Shown here: positions 40,800-51,041 of the stretch, one piece after another
Layout: each line of letters opens with the position of its first letter
Position numbering within the stretch: position 1 is the first letter of the stretch
Assembly (NCBI GenBank): GCA_963771355.1
Contig: CAVYTA010000006.1
Coordinates: forward strand, 352,001 to 416,000
From: an uncultured Candidatus Rokubacteria bacterium
Lineage (GTDB): Bacteria > Methylomirabilota > Methylomirabilia > Rokubacteriales > CSP1-6
Reading direction: 5' to 3'
Length of the DNA: 64,000 bases
The notes under the pieces: model-generated
Told to the model about the DNA's origin: nothing
Database searches by the model: none
The model's input: only the letters and a program-made list of their open reading frames with translations
Made by a program: the position numbers and the translations under genes

Positions 40800-41864
40800 T
40801 CAGGCGGGGTGCTGGTGGAGGTAGTGCGCCCGGAGAAGATCCAGGCCGAAGTCATTGCGGGGATCATGCCATACGGAGTGGATGTGGTTGGCGTCGTTCT
40901 GGGTATTGTCGTACTCGATGAGGAGCGTGGGGCCGTGGAGCCGGTAGTAGTGGGCCTTGCCCGGCTCGAGCGAGCCCGCCCAGGCGAAGTGCAGCAACTC
41001 GATCCCGGCCTCGCGCACGCGGCGGAGCTCCTCCGCGGCCAGCTCGGCGCGCATGTTCTGCGCGTACTCCTCGACCAGGCGGAGGGCCAGGCTCCGCTGG
41101 TCGCCGGTCAGGTCCGCCAGCGGCAGCCCCGCGGTGGTGGCCAGGCTGAGGGCGCGCCCGGGCCCGCTCACGATGTCCCCCAGCGCCCGCGTGTCGATGA
41201 TGAGGCGCGGGCGGAGGCGCGGCTCCACGCTGCGCGCCAGCGTGCGGGCGAGGTCCTGCTCCGCGGCCAGCGCGCGCAGGCCCTGGTGGGGGCCGGCGGG
41301 CACCTCGGCGGGATTGGCGCCGAGGAAGGCCGGCGTCATGGCGATGGGCTTGCCGGGTACGAGGGTGAAGTTGAGGGAGAGATGATGTCCTTCCAGGCGC
41401 CAGCCCCAGGGCGCGGCGGCGGCGGGGTGGCCGAACACCGTGATCGAATAATTCTCGGGATCGCGGAGGAGCGCCCCGAAGGTCTCGAGGCGGCGCAGCA
41501 CCTCCTCGAGCCGGATGACGTTGACCGCCTTGGCATAGCCCACCGCGCTGAGGCTGGCCTTCATCAGCTCATGCGCGGCGGCCCGCGCCGGCGCCGGCAT
41601 GTCCTTGAAGGGCAGGCCCTCGCGGCTGCGGGGCACATAGTGCCAGTTGAGCCGCTCCTTGTCCGCGAAGCCGATCAGCGCGCGCCGTTGCCCGTCGGGA
41701 GAGAGCGTGGCGAGGAAGGCCGCCGCCGCGGCGGCCATGGCGCTTCGCGCGGCGTCGGCGGGCTGGGCGAGGAGGGGCCGCGGACGGGCCGCCATCGCCG
41801 CGCCGGCCGCGAATCCCCCCGCCAGCCCGTGCAGCAGCCGGCGGCGCGTGAGGGGCCCCGCCAT
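40800..41864 (-). CDS. DUF3500-like protein, Tat-exported
   Basis: TRRRLL Tat motif from ATG 41864; WHYVP, WGWRLEGHHLSLN, YYRLHGP, IEYDN, NHIHSVWHDP. Confidence 0.82.
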   Translation of the reverse strand: MAGPLTRRRLLHGLAGGFAAGAAMAARPRPLLAQPADAARSAMAAAAAAFLATLSPDGQRRALIGFADKERLNWHYVPRSREGLPFKDMPAPARAAAHELMKASLSAVGYAKAVNVIRLEEVLRRLETFGALLRDPENYSITVFGHPAAAAPWGWRLEGHHLSLNFTLVPGKPIAMTPAFLGANPAEVPAGPHQGLRALAAEQDLARTLARSVEPRLRPRLIIDTRALGDIVSGPGRALSLATTAGLPLADLTGDQRSLALRLVEEYAQNMRAELAAEELRRVREAGIELLHFAWAGSLEPGKAHYYRLHGPTLLIEYDNTQNDANHIHSVWHDPRNDFGLDLLRAHYLHQHPA

Positions 41865-41869
41865 GGCCT

Positions 41870-42523
41870 CTACGAGTACTTCACCGTGCACCCGTAGGCC
41901 CGCGTCACCGGCGTCTTGACCGGCTGGCCGGCGGCCACCGCCTGGAGCGCCGCCCGCACGTAGTTGTTGGCGCCCGGCACGTCGCTGCGGCGGCTGGTGG
42001 GCTTGTCGTCGATGGCGCCCGCGTAGACGAGGAGACCCGCCTTGTCCACGACGTACATGTGGGGCGTATTGGTGGCCCCGTACATCTTCCCGACCTCGCC
42101 CTTGGTGTCCAGCAGGACCGCGGTGGGCGCCGCCTTGCGGTTCGTGGTCAGCTCGTCGGCATGGGCGGGCTTCACGTGGCCCTGCTCGCCCGGCGCCGAG
42201 GAAATGACGGTGAGCCAGATGACGCCGGCGCCGGTGGTCTCGCGCTGCAGTGTCTGCATGTTGCCGGTGTCGTAGTGCTTCCGCACGTACGGGCAATCGT
42301 GATTGGTCCACTCGAGGATCACCAGCTTGCCGCGGTAGTCGGCCAGGCTCACCGCCGCGCCGCTGGTGGAGGTGGAGGTGAAGGCGGGCGCGGCCTCGCC
42401 GACCTTGGCCACGGCGGCCTGCGCCGGCAGCGGGCGCGCGAGGCCGTCGACGGCGCCGATGAGCACCGCGGCGCAGCCGGTGCGGGTGATGAAAGCGCGT
42501 CGGGACAGACGTTCGGGAGTCAT
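41870..42523 (-). CDS. Tat-exported redoxin (AhpC/TSA, thioredoxin fold)
   Basis: SRRAFI Tat motif; VSLADYRGKLVILEWTNHDCPYV, YGATNTPH, YAGAIDD, AYGCTVKY. Confidence 0.88.
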   Translation of the reverse strand: MTPERLSRRAFITRTGCAAVLIGAVDGLARPLPAQAAVAKVGEAAPAFTSTSTSGAAVSLADYRGKLVILEWTNHDCPYVRKHYDTGNMQTLQRETTGAGVIWLTVISSAPGEQGHVKPAHADELTTNRKAAPTAVLLDTKGEVGKMYGATNTPHMYVVDKAGLLVYAGAIDDKPTSRRSDVPGANNYVRAALQAVAAGQPVKTPVTRAYGCTVKYS

Positions 42524-42552
42524 GGGGTCTCCTTTCGATTCGGGGGGCCGGG

Positions 42553-44712
42553 TCACAAGGCCTCGATGGCCTCGAGTATGGTCCTCTCGCTGAGGATTTG
42601 CGGGAGAACGGTAGGGGGGGCGGCGGCGCCGGCGGCGCCGGCTACACGGGCCCCCGCGGGATAGACCACGTAGAGGGGGACGCCATTCCGTCCGAAGGTG
42701 CCGAGGGCGGCGGCGATCTCGGCGCTCCGGCTGGTCCAGTCGGCCCGGAGGTAGACGACGCCCTTGCGCGCGAAGGCCTCCGCCACCACGGGCGAATGGA
42801 GCGCGATGCGCTCGTTGACGAGACAGGTGATGCACCAGGCGGCGGTGAAGTTCACGAATACGGGCTTGCCCTGCGCGCGCAGCTCCGCGACGCGGCGCGG
42901 GCTCCAGCCCTCTGCGGCGGGGCCGCCCGCGGTGGCCGCCGCGGCGGGCGGGGCCGACCTCGGTGCGGAGGACGCGAGGGGGCTCAGCGCCAGCGCCGCC
43001 ACCACGCCGGTCACCGCGGCCACCGAGCCGGCGCGCCGCCAGCGCGGCCGCGCGTCGCGCGTGCGGCCGTGCAGCCATGCCGCGAAGGCGATGAGCAGGA
43101 GTCCGCCCAGCGCGGCCGCCACCGCCTCCGGGCCGGCCTGCCGGCTCAGCACCCAGACCAGCCAGGCTGCCGTCGCGTAGAGCGGAAAGGCCAGCGCCTG
43201 CTTGAGCCACTCCATCCACGCGCCGGGCCTCGGCAGCCAGCGGCGCCAGGCCGGCGCCAGGGATAGTGCGAGATACGGCAGCGCCAGGCCGAGCCCGAGG
43301 GCTTCGAAGACGAGCAGCGCGGCCCCCGCCGGCTGGGTGACGGCGTACCCCACCGCCACGCCCATGAAGGGCGCGGTGCAGGGCGTGGCCGCCACCGCGG
43401 CGAGCGCGCCCGTGAAAAAGGTGCCGGCATGGCCCGATCGCGCCGTGAGCCCCTGGCCGAATCCCGTGATCCGTCCGCCCACCAGCCAGACGCCGGACAG
43501 CGCGAGCGCCAGCGCGAAGAAGAGGTACGCGAGCAGCGTGACGATGGCGGGGGACTGGAGCTGGAAGCCCCAGCCGATCTGGTCGCCGCCCGCGCGCAGC
43601 GTGAGCAGGGCACCCGCGAGCGCGCCGAACGCGAGCAGCACGCCCGCGGTATAGGCGAGCCCGTGACGCCAGGCCCCGCCCGGCCCGGCATCGGCATGGG
43701 CGACGAGAGCCAGCGCCTTGACCGACAGCACCGGCAGCACGCACGGCATCAGGTTGAGGATCAGGCCGCCGAGCAGCGCCAGGCCGATCGCCTCGAGGAG
43801 CGAGACGGCGGGAATGATCGGGGCGGCAGGTCCCGCTAGTCCCGCCGCCGCCTCCGACGGTGTGGCCTGGATCACGAAGGCCTGGCTCACCATGCCGCCG
43901 TCGAGCCGTTCGCGGATCACCAGCACGCCGTCGATGGGGCCCTCGGCGGCCTCGACGAGATCACCGCGCTTGAGTCGCACGATGATCCCGTCCGGATCCA
44001 CCGTCGTGTCCTGCGGGGCGGCATGGTCGATGACGCCCCACCGGGCCGGGAAGAACCAGACCTCTCCCACGCGCTCGGCACGCAGCCGGGGCGCGGCCAC
44101 GGTGAGCGTGACCGACTCCGGCGTCGCCGCGTAGCGGGCGGGCCACGGGCTCGGCGCGGGAACAGCCCGGCGCGCCGCCGCGATGGCCGGCGCCGAGCGC
44201 GGGTCCGGCGCCGGGCGCGCGGCGACGACGGGAAGCGTGAGCGCGACGTCCGCCTCCTCGGGAATGCAGATCTTCGCGCAGACGAGCCAGCTCGCGCGCG
44301 CGCGCAGGTCGAGCCGAGCGCCGGGGGAAAGGTCCGCGGGCGCGGTGAGCCGGGCGAGCACCACCACCGCGTCGGTATAGCCGAAGCTCATGGCCGGGCC
44401 CACGGGGATCCGCTCGGGATGCGGCCAGACGAGGGGACCGGCCGCGACCCCGCGCGGCAGCGTCCAGGCGACGGTCATGGGCTCGCCGGAGTCGCCGGGA
44501 TTGATCCAGTACGTATGCCAGCCGGGCGCGATGCGTTGACGGATACCCACCCACACGGCCCCGCCGGGCTCGATGCCCGCCGCCTCGCTGATCAGCTCGA
44601 CGCGAACCCGGGGGCCCGCGGCCTCGGTCGCCCGTTCGGCGGCGCGCGCGGTCCCATCGAGGAGACCGAGCGCGAGCAAGGCGGCGAGCAGCGGGAGGGA
44701 CCTCCACGCCAT
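42553..44712 (-). CDS. dsbD: DsbD/ScsB-type thiol:disulfide interchange membrane protein
   Basis: Signal peptide; GWHTYWINPGDSG and CAKIC (N domain); LNLMPCVLP and ATPCTAPF (TM domain); FTAAWCITC (Trx domain). Confidence 0.92.
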   Translation of the reverse strand: MAWRSLPLLAALLALGLLDGTARAAERATEAAGPRVRVELISEAAGIEPGGAVWVGIRQRIAPGWHTYWINPGDSGEPMTVAWTLPRGVAAGPLVWPHPERIPVGPAMSFGYTDAVVVLARLTAPADLSPGARLDLRARASWLVCAKICIPEEADVALTLPVVAARPAPDPRSAPAIAAARRAVPAPSPWPARYAATPESVTLTVAAPRLRAERVGEVWFFPARWGVIDHAAPQDTTVDPDGIIVRLKRGDLVEAAEGPIDGVLVIRERLDGGMVSQAFVIQATPSEAAAGLAGPAAPIIPAVSLLEAIGLALLGGLILNLMPCVLPVLSVKALALVAHADAGPGGAWRHGLAYTAGVLLAFGALAGALLTLRAGGDQIGWGFQLQSPAIVTLLAYLFFALALALSGVWLVGGRITGFGQGLTARSGHAGTFFTGALAAVAATPCTAPFMGVAVGYAVTQPAGAALLVFEALGLGLALPYLALSLAPAWRRWLPRPGAWMEWLKQALAFPLYATAAWLVWVLSRQAGPEAVAAALGGLLLIAFAAWLHGRTRDARPRWRRAGSVAAVTGVVAALALSPLASSAPRSAPPAAAATAGGPAAEGWSPRRVAELRAQGKPVFVNFTAAWCITCLVNERIALHSPVVAEAFARKGVVYLRADWTSRSAEIAAALGTFGRNGVPLYVVYPAGARVAGAAGAAAPPTVLPQILSERTILEAIEAL

Positions 44713-44767
44713 GCTGAATCGTACCATGTGGGCGAAGGCGCGCCGGATGACGGCAGCGTGACGAGGA

Positions 44768-45505
44768 CTAGAACCGGTACTTGAGGCCGGCGGCGGGAAC
44801 CGACGAGCCCGAGCCGCCCAGGAGTCCGAAGATTCCGGACCGATGGTGGAGACGGATGACGAAGTCCCACTGCGGGAAGCGCGGCAGCCCGAAGGTCAGC
44901 TCGAAGAACACGTAGTTCTGCAGGCGCTTGGCCTCGTCGAAATTCTTCTTCTCGAGCCGCGGGGGCTCGGTGGCGAACGAGGGCCCGTCCCCCACCGCGA
45001 TCGTGGTGGCGACGTGGTCATTCCAGGGGAAGGTCACCCAGCGGGCGACCACGGCACTCGTGAACTCCCAGTGCGTCTGGTCGCCGAACCATTTCGTCAC
45101 GCCGATCTCCGCTTCCCAGCGGAGATGCTTCCACAGCACCGCGAACTCCCGGGACATCGCCAGCGACACCATGGCCGCGTGGTCGAACTCGACCGGCTCG
45201 GTGAAGAACTCCAGGAAGTCGTTCTTGGCGAAGGGCCCCCCGTAAACCGTCACCGCCCAGGGGAAGGCCGTGTGGATGGCGTCCCGGGGGGGAACGACTT
45301 CCGCGTCGCGCGGGGCCTGCGCGGAGACTGCCGTCGCGAGGACCAGGAGAAGGACGGCGAAACACGCGGCTCCCAGCGAGGGGGCCGACGGTCGCGCGGA
45401 CGCTATTTCCGGATCCCCATCTCGCGCAGGCGCGAGGCCTCCACCAGGGAGAGGGCGCCGAGCGCAATGAGGCCCACGCCACTCCCCGAGGTCAGGGCGC
45501 CGCAT
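44768..45505 (-). CDS. Putative outer-membrane beta-barrel protein (PagL/acyloxyacyl hydrolase-like)
   Basis: Hydrophobic signal segment, amphipathic beta strands, RLHHRSG motif, C-terminal LKYRF. Start uncertain. Confidence 0.6.
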   Translation of the reverse strand: MRRPDLGEWRGPHCARRPLPGGGLAPARDGDPEIASARPSAPSLGAACFAVLLLVLATAVSAQAPRDAEVVPPRDAIHTAFPWAVTVYGGPFAKNDFLEFFTEPVEFDHAAMVSLAMSREFAVLWKHLRWEAEIGVTKWFGDQTHWEFTSAVVARWVTFPWNDHVATTIAVGDGPSFATEPPRLEKKNFDEAKRLQNYVFFELTFGLPRFPQWDFVIRLHHRSGIFGLLGGSGSSVPAAGLKYRF

Positions 45506-45581
45506 CGCGGCGCCTAGTATAACCAATCCGCGAGCCGGCGAAACCTTGCCAGGGGCCGGGAGCCGCTTCATACTTGGCGGG

Positions 45582-47492
45582 ATGCGGTCAGAGCAAGATC
45601 CCGGCTTCGGCGCGAAGCTGCGCGCGGTGTTCGGCCTGAGCCCCACCATCCTTTGCCTCACCGGGCTGGAGGACGGCCGGGTGCGGGACGTCAACGACTC
45701 CTTCCTCCACACTAGCGGGTTCACTCGCGAGGAGGTCATCGGCCGGCCCATGGCCGAGCTCGGCCTCTGGCTCGACCCCGAGGATCGCGCGGAGGGCTTG
45801 CGCGCCCTGCGGGCGGGTCAGCAAATCCGGGGCATCGAGGCGCGCTTCCGCATGAAAAACGGGGAGCAGCGCGTGACCATCCTCGCCGCCGACGTCGTTA
45901 CTTTCGACGGGGAGGCCTGCATCCTCACCGCTCTCACCGACATCACGGATCGCACGCGCGCCGAGGAGGCGCTGCGCGAGAGTGAGCGGCGCTTCACGAC
46001 CGCCTTTCACGCCAACCCCTTGCCGATGACCATCATCGCGCTGAGCGATCACCGCCACCTCGAGGTCAACGAGGCGGCCGTCCGCCACAGTGGATATTCA
46101 CGGGAGGAGCTGCTGGGGCGCTCCAAGCAAGAGCTGGGCGTCTGGGTGGTGCCGGAGCAGAAGGAACGGATGCTCCGCCTCCTCCTCGAGCGCGGGCAGG
46201 TGCGCGATCTCGAGGTGGCGTTCCGGACCCGGGCGGGTGACCTGCGGCAGCTCCTGGTCAACTCCGAGGTCATCACCTACGACGGGGCGCCCGCGGTGCT
46301 CAGCGTGTCCCACGACATCACCGAGCGCAAGCAGCTCGAGGCGGAGAACCGCGTCCGGCGCGACGAGGCGGAGGCGCTCGCCCAGTCCCTCCGCCAGGCC
46401 AACCGCGCCAAGGACGAGTTCCTCGCCATGCTGGGCCACGAGCTGCGGAATCCGCTCGGTACCCTGACCAACGCGGTGGCGGTGCTCGACAAGATGACGG
46501 GCGACGAGACGACGCGCCACCTGCTCGCCATCGTCTCGCGCCAGACCGGCCACCTCGCCCGCCTGGTAGACGATCTCCTCGACGTGGGGCGGGTGACCAC
46601 GGGCAAGATCGAGCTCAACATGCGGCCGGTGGAGCTCCGCGCGCTGGTCGGACGGTGCCTGGACGCGCTCGTCCAGGCGGGACGCACCCAGCGGCACACG
46701 GTGACGCTCGAGGGGGTGGATCTCCACGTCGACGCCGACGTCACGCGGCTGGAGCAGATCGTCAACAACCTCCTCGACAATGCCTTGAAGTACACGCCGG
46801 GGTCGGGCTCCGTCCTGGTGGAGACCGTGGAAGAAGACCGTCAGGCGGTGCTCCGGGTCCGCGACACCGGCAACGGCATCGCCGCCGATCTCCTCCCCCG
46901 CGTGTTCGACCTCTTCGTCCAGGAGCCGCAGGGCCTGGACCGGTCGCGGGGGGGCCTCGGCATCGGGCTTGCCCTGGTGAAGCGGCTCGTCGATCTGCAC
47001 GGGGGCACGGTCTCGGTGTGGAGCGCGGGACCGGGACAGGGCAGCGAGTTCACGGTCCGGCTGCCCCTGCGGGAGCAGCCGGAGGCGGCACGGGACGCCG
47101 TGAGCCGCGCGGCCGCGCCGGTGCCGCCGCCGCGGCGCCGTGTGCTCGTGGTCGAGGACAGCGTCGACGCGCGGCAGAGCCTGCAGATGCTGCTGGAGCT
47201 GGCCGGCCACGTGGTCGAGACCTCGGAGGACGGGCCCAGCGGGCTCGCCAAGCTCGATCAATTCCGGCCCGAGGTCGCCCTCATCGACCTCGGCCTGCCC
47301 GGCATCGACGGCTACACGCTGGCCCGCATGGCACGCGACAACCCGCAGACCCGCGCCATCCGCCTGGTCGCGGTCACGGGCTATGGCCAGGCGGAGGACC
47401 GAGCGCGCGCACTCGCCGCCGGGTTCGACCTCCACGTGACGAAGCCGGTGGACGCCTCCATGCTGGAGGAGATGCTCGGCCGTCCCCGCTAG
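45582..47492 (+). CDS. Cytoplasmic hybrid histidine kinase (2xPAS, HisKA, HATPase, receiver)
   Basis: SGFTREEVIG...DITDR; SGYSREELLG...DITERK; FLAMLGHELRNPL; NLLDNALKY; VLVVEDS...DLGLPG...KPV. Confidence 0.93.
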   Translation: MRSEQDPGFGAKLRAVFGLSPTILCLTGLEDGRVRDVNDSFLHTSGFTREEVIGRPMAELGLWLDPEDRAEGLRALRAGQQIRGIEARFRMKNGEQRVTILAADVVTFDGEACILTALTDITDRTRAEEALRESERRFTTAFHANPLPMTIIALSDHRHLEVNEAAVRHSGYSREELLGRSKQELGVWVVPEQKERMLRLLLERGQVRDLEVAFRTRAGDLRQLLVNSEVITYDGAPAVLSVSHDITERKQLEAENRVRRDEAEALAQSLRQANRAKDEFLAMLGHELRNPLGTLTNAVAVLDKMTGDETTRHLLAIVSRQTGHLARLVDDLLDVGRVTTGKIELNMRPVELRALVGRCLDALVQAGRTQRHTVTLEGVDLHVDADVTRLEQIVNNLLDNALKYTPGSGSVLVETVEEDRQAVLRVRDTGNGIAADLLPRVFDLFVQEPQGLDRSRGGLGIGLALVKRLVDLHGGTVSVWSAGPGQGSEFTVRLPLREQPEAARDAVSRAAAPVPPPRRRVLVVEDSVDARQSLQMLLELAGHVVETSEDGPSGLAKLDQFRPEVALIDLGLPGIDGYTLARMARDNPQTRAIRLVAVTGYGQAEDRARALAAGFDLHVTKPVDASMLEEMLGRPR

Positions 47493-47496
47493 CCCG

Positions 47497-48558
47497 TCAG
47501 GCCATCAGGAGGCTGCCGGGCACCTCGCGGCCCATGGTCTGGATCTCGGCCGCCGAGATCCCGTGGGCCATCAGCGCGGCCACGAACATCTGCAGCCCGT
47601 CCACCGGCGTGGGATTGCCCGTCTGCCCGAGATCGGTCCCGAGCACGAAGTGCCGCGCGCCCACCGCGCGGATACAGGCCGCCGTCTCCGCCAGCTCGAC
47701 GCGGGCGGAGTGCCGCATGAACTCGAGCGGCGAGTCGGGACCGGTGAGCATGCCCAGCGCGCAGAGCTCCATCCGGCCGCCGAGCGCCGCCGCCTTCTTC
47801 ATGTGGGCGGTCGTCATGCCCACCACGTCGAACTGGGCATGGGTGACCACGATGCGGTCGCAGCCGGCCTCGCGGGCGGCGGCGATGAGGACGAGCGCCT
47901 CGTCGGCGGACGCGTGCCCGGTATGCACGACCAGCCGTTGCTGGGCGCACACCGCGAGCACCTCGCGCACGGCGGGGAGCACCGCGCCGCGCTCGTCCAC
48001 CACCCGGATGCCCGAGGGCGCGGTCCCGCCGCGGCGGACGTGGTTGTCGGCGTCGAAGGTGGGGAACCACACCACGCGGCCGTGGCCGCCCTGCATGCGC
48101 CACATCCACTCGACCGCCTTGGGGTTGAGGCCGCCCACCGCGCCATTCAGCACGATGCCGCCAAAGACCTTGATGCCAGGCACGTGCTTGCGCGCCAGCC
48201 AGGCGCGGTCGGCGGTGGCGGTGACGTGGTTCTTGAACACGAGGGCTTCCATCTGCCGCGTGGCGGCCAGCTGCGCCAGCTCGTCGTCGTCCACCGCGCG
48301 GCCGAAGATGTCGGGAGCGGCGTGGGTGTGGAAGTCGATGAGCCCGCGAATGGGGCTGACCGGCGGCGGCGGCGGCGAGTAGCCCTGAACCCCTCCGGCG
48401 GGAGCGGCGGCGCGCGAGGTGGCGGCGGCGCGTCCGGCGGCGGCGGGCCCGCCCCGTCGGCGGCTCGCATGGGCCGCGCGCGCGGCGTGATGGACGAGGG
48501 AGCAGCCGCAGAGAAGCGGACGCGGGGCGACGGGGGCGGAACCGGTTGTGGGGATCAT
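47497..48558 (-). CDS. DUF6282-like TIM-barrel metal-dependent hydrolase with low-complexity N-terminus
   Basis: IDFHTHAAPD, FKNH, VWFPT, HTGH, VTHA, LGTDLGQ. Start tentative (ATG 48558, 9 nt after a TATGAT). Confidence 0.75.
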   Translation of the reverse strand: MIPTTGSAPVAPRPLLCGCSLVHHAARAAHASRRRGGPAAAGRAAATSRAAAPAGGVQGYSPPPPPVSPIRGLIDFHTHAAPDIFGRAVDDDELAQLAATRQMEALVFKNHVTATADRAWLARKHVPGIKVFGGIVLNGAVGGLNPKAVEWMWRMQGGHGRVVWFPTFDADNHVRRGGTAPSGIRVVDERGAVLPAVREVLAVCAQQRLVVHTGHASADEALVLIAAAREAGCDRIVVTHAQFDVVGMTTAHMKKAAALGGRMELCALGMLTGPDSPLEFMRHSARVELAETAACIRAVGARHFVLGTDLGQTGNPTPVDGLQMFVAALMAHGISAAEIQTMGREVPGSLLMA

Positions 48559-48583
48559 AGGCCCCGGATCATACACGACCGGG

Positions 48584-49700
48584 TCAGGCGCGAAAGGCCG
48601 CGTGCTCCACCGTCCACTGCTCGAGGAGACTGGGATCGGGCTCCTGCGCGATCCCCGGCACCTGGGAGACGGCGACCTCGCCCGGGCCGCTGAGCACGAT
48701 CTCGGGCTTGCCGAGATCGTCATTGTAGAAGTACGACGAGGGGAAGATGTCACCCGGATAGGTGAAGTTGGGCAGGGTGGCGAGCTCGGCGCAGATGGCG
48801 CCGCCCACCGCGCTCTCGAGCATGCCGCCCACCCAGCAGGGGATGCCGTGCTCGGCGCAGAGGGCCTGGATCTCGCGCGAGGCGGTGAGGCCGCCCACGC
48901 GCCCCATCTTGATATTGACCACCTTGCAGCTCCCCAGACGGATGGCCGCCCGCACATGGGCGAGGCTCTGCGCGCTCTCGTCGAGACAGACCGGCGTCTC
49001 GAGCTGGCGCTGGAGATCGGCGTGATTCACCAGGCTCATGCCGTCGTCCTCGAGCGGCTGCTCGATCATGGCCAGCCCATGGCGGTCCAGGGCGCGGAAG
49101 AGCTCGAGGTCGGCGAGCGTATAGGCGGCATTGCAGTCCACGTGGAAGGTGAAGCGCGGAAAGGTGGCGCGCACCGCCTCCACCATCTTGAGGTCCCAGC
49201 CCGGGGCGGAACTTGAGCTTGATCCGCGGGAAGCCCGCGTCGATCGCGCCCTGGATCTTGGCGAGCAGGATGTCGAAGGAGTCCTGGACCCCGAAGTCCG
49301 CGCCCACCTTCACGCGATCGCCCGTTCCGCCGAGCGCCGCGTGCAGCGGCAGGCCCCGGCGCTTGGCGTCCAGCACCCACCAGGCGATGTCCAGCGCGGC
49401 GCGCGCGAACTCGTTGCCCTTGATGAAGGCGATGCGATCGAGGAGGTCGCGCGAGGTCTCGAGATCCTGGCCGATGAGGCGCGGGGCCATGTACTCCCGC
49501 ACGGTGTGAAAGGCGGCGAGGGTGTGCTCCGACGAGTAGTTGGGGATGAGCACGGGGCAGCTCTCGCCCCAGGCATGCTGCCCGCCGCCTTCCATGCGCA
49601 CGAGGATGGTGTCGCTGTGGAGCTGGTCGCCATAGGACGTCTTCCAGACGAAGGCCAGGGGCAGCTTGGCCCAGTACACGTCGATGCGCTCGATCTTCAT
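48584..49700 (-). CDS. o-Succinylbenzoate synthase/N-acylamino acid racemase-like enolase-superfamily enzyme (with +1 frameshift near 49200-49202)
   Basis: RIKLKFRPG|WD (KxK), HVDCN, MIEQP, CLDES, NIKMGRVGG, WVGGMLES; span 1117 = 3n+1. No other men genes in the window. Confidence 0.87.
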
Positions 49701-49765
49701 GGGGTTCCCTCGCATGCCGCGGGATGATACCGCGGCGCCGCGCGCGGTGGTAGACTGCGGCGCCG

Positions 49766-50989
49766 ATGTGGAGGCCGCTGCCCGCCTACCCGCTCTACTG
49801 CGCCTACTGCCTCATCGTGCGGGCCCTCCGGGCGGTGTACTGGACCGCCGCCGTCTACTTCTACATCAGCGTGGTAGGGCTGGACCCGTTCCGGCTCGTC
49901 ATCGTGGGGACGGCGCTGGAGGTGGTGATTCTCCTCGGGGAAGTGCCCACCGGGATTGTCGCCGACGTCTACAGCCGCCGGCTCTCGGTGATCCTGGGCG
50001 TTGCCCTCATGGGCGCCGGCTTCGCGTTCGACGGGGCGGTGGGAGCCTTCTGGGCCACGCTGGTGGCGCAGCTCATCTGGGGCCTGGGCGCGACCTTCAC
50101 CAGCGGCGCGCTCGGCGCGTGGATCGCCGACGAGTTTGGCGGGGAAGACCTTGAGCGCGTCTACTTGCGCGGCGCGCAGTGGGCCGGCGCCGGCGAGCTG
50201 CTGGGCATCGGGGTCGGGGTCGGGCTCTCCTACGCCGGGCTCGCCCTGACCATGATCTTCGCCGGCGGCGCGCTCCTGGCCTTCGCCGCCTTCCTGGCCG
50301 CGGTGATGCCCGAGCACGGCTTCGCGCCCCTCGCGCGCGGGCCGCGCGGCGCCTGGCCGCATCTCGGGTCGACGCTTCGCGCGGGCCAGGCGGTGGTGCG
50401 AGGGAGCGGCTCGCTCCTGGCGTGCGTGGCGCTGGTGGTGCTCCTGGGCATGGGGAGCGAGAGCTTCGACCGGCTGTGGGAGGTGCACCTGCTCGGCATC
50501 GGCCTGCCTGTGGTGTCCGGGATGACTCCGGTGGCCTGGTTCGGGGTGGTCAACGCCGGCGGGGTGCTCCTGAGCATCGCGGCGGCCGAGGGGATGCGCC
50601 GCCGCGTGACGCTCGGCGCGCCGCGCACTCTGCTGCGGCTGCTGCTCGCCTTCACCGGACTCATCACGCTCGGCATGGTAGCCTTCGGCGCCGCGCGCAG
50701 CTTCGCGGCCGGCGTGGCCGCCTACTGGCTCACGCTGCTCCTGCGCCAGCTCGTCGCTCCGCTGATCGACGCCTGGCTGGCACGCCGGACGCCGTCGGCG
50801 GTTCGCGCCACGGTCCTGTCCTTTGCAGGCCAGGCGGACGCGGCGGGGCAGATCGCCGGCGGTCCCCTCTTCGGCTGGATCGCCGGCGCGCATTCCACAG
50901 GCCTCGCGCTCGCGGCGGCCGGGCTAACCCTGCTGCCCGGCATCCCGCTGCTGCTCCGGGCCCTCCGGGCGGACGCGCGGGAAGTGTGA
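49766..50989 (+). CDS. MFS transporter (TetA(P)-like efflux)
   Basis: EVPTGIVADVYSRRLS, TFTSGALGAWIADE, SESFDRLW. Confidence 0.85.
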   Translation: MWRPLPAYPLYCAYCLIVRALRAVYWTAAVYFYISVVGLDPFRLVIVGTALEVVILLGEVPTGIVADVYSRRLSVILGVALMGAGFAFDGAVGAFWATLVAQLIWGLGATFTSGALGAWIADEFGGEDLERVYLRGAQWAGAGELLGIGVGVGLSYAGLALTMIFAGGALLAFAAFLAAVMPEHGFAPLARGPRGAWPHLGSTLRAGQAVVRGSGSLLACVALVVLLGMGSESFDRLWEVHLLGIGLPVVSGMTPVAWFGVVNAGGVLLSIAAAEGMRRRVTLGAPRTLLRLLLAFTGLITLGMVAFGAARSFAAGVAAYWLTLLLRQLVAPLIDAWLARRTPSAVRATVLSFAGQADAAGQIAGGPLFGWIAGAHSTGLALAAAGLTLLPGIPLLLRALRADAREV

Positions 50990-51041
50990 GACCATCCGCC
51001 CCGACGGCGGAGCGACCCACTCTTCACGAAGGGAGACGGCC

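Noticed and set aside
38868..41897. Very long ORFs such as 38868-41897 (+), 19823-22534 (-) and 35810-38056 (-)
   Set aside because: They are antisense shadows of well-supported genes. High GC makes stop codons rare, and the translations have no recognisable motifs.
48584..49700. Calling this gene menC or a menaquinone locus
   Set aside because: No other men genes are nearby, and the family includes promiscuous N-acylamino acid racemases, so no symbol was assigned.
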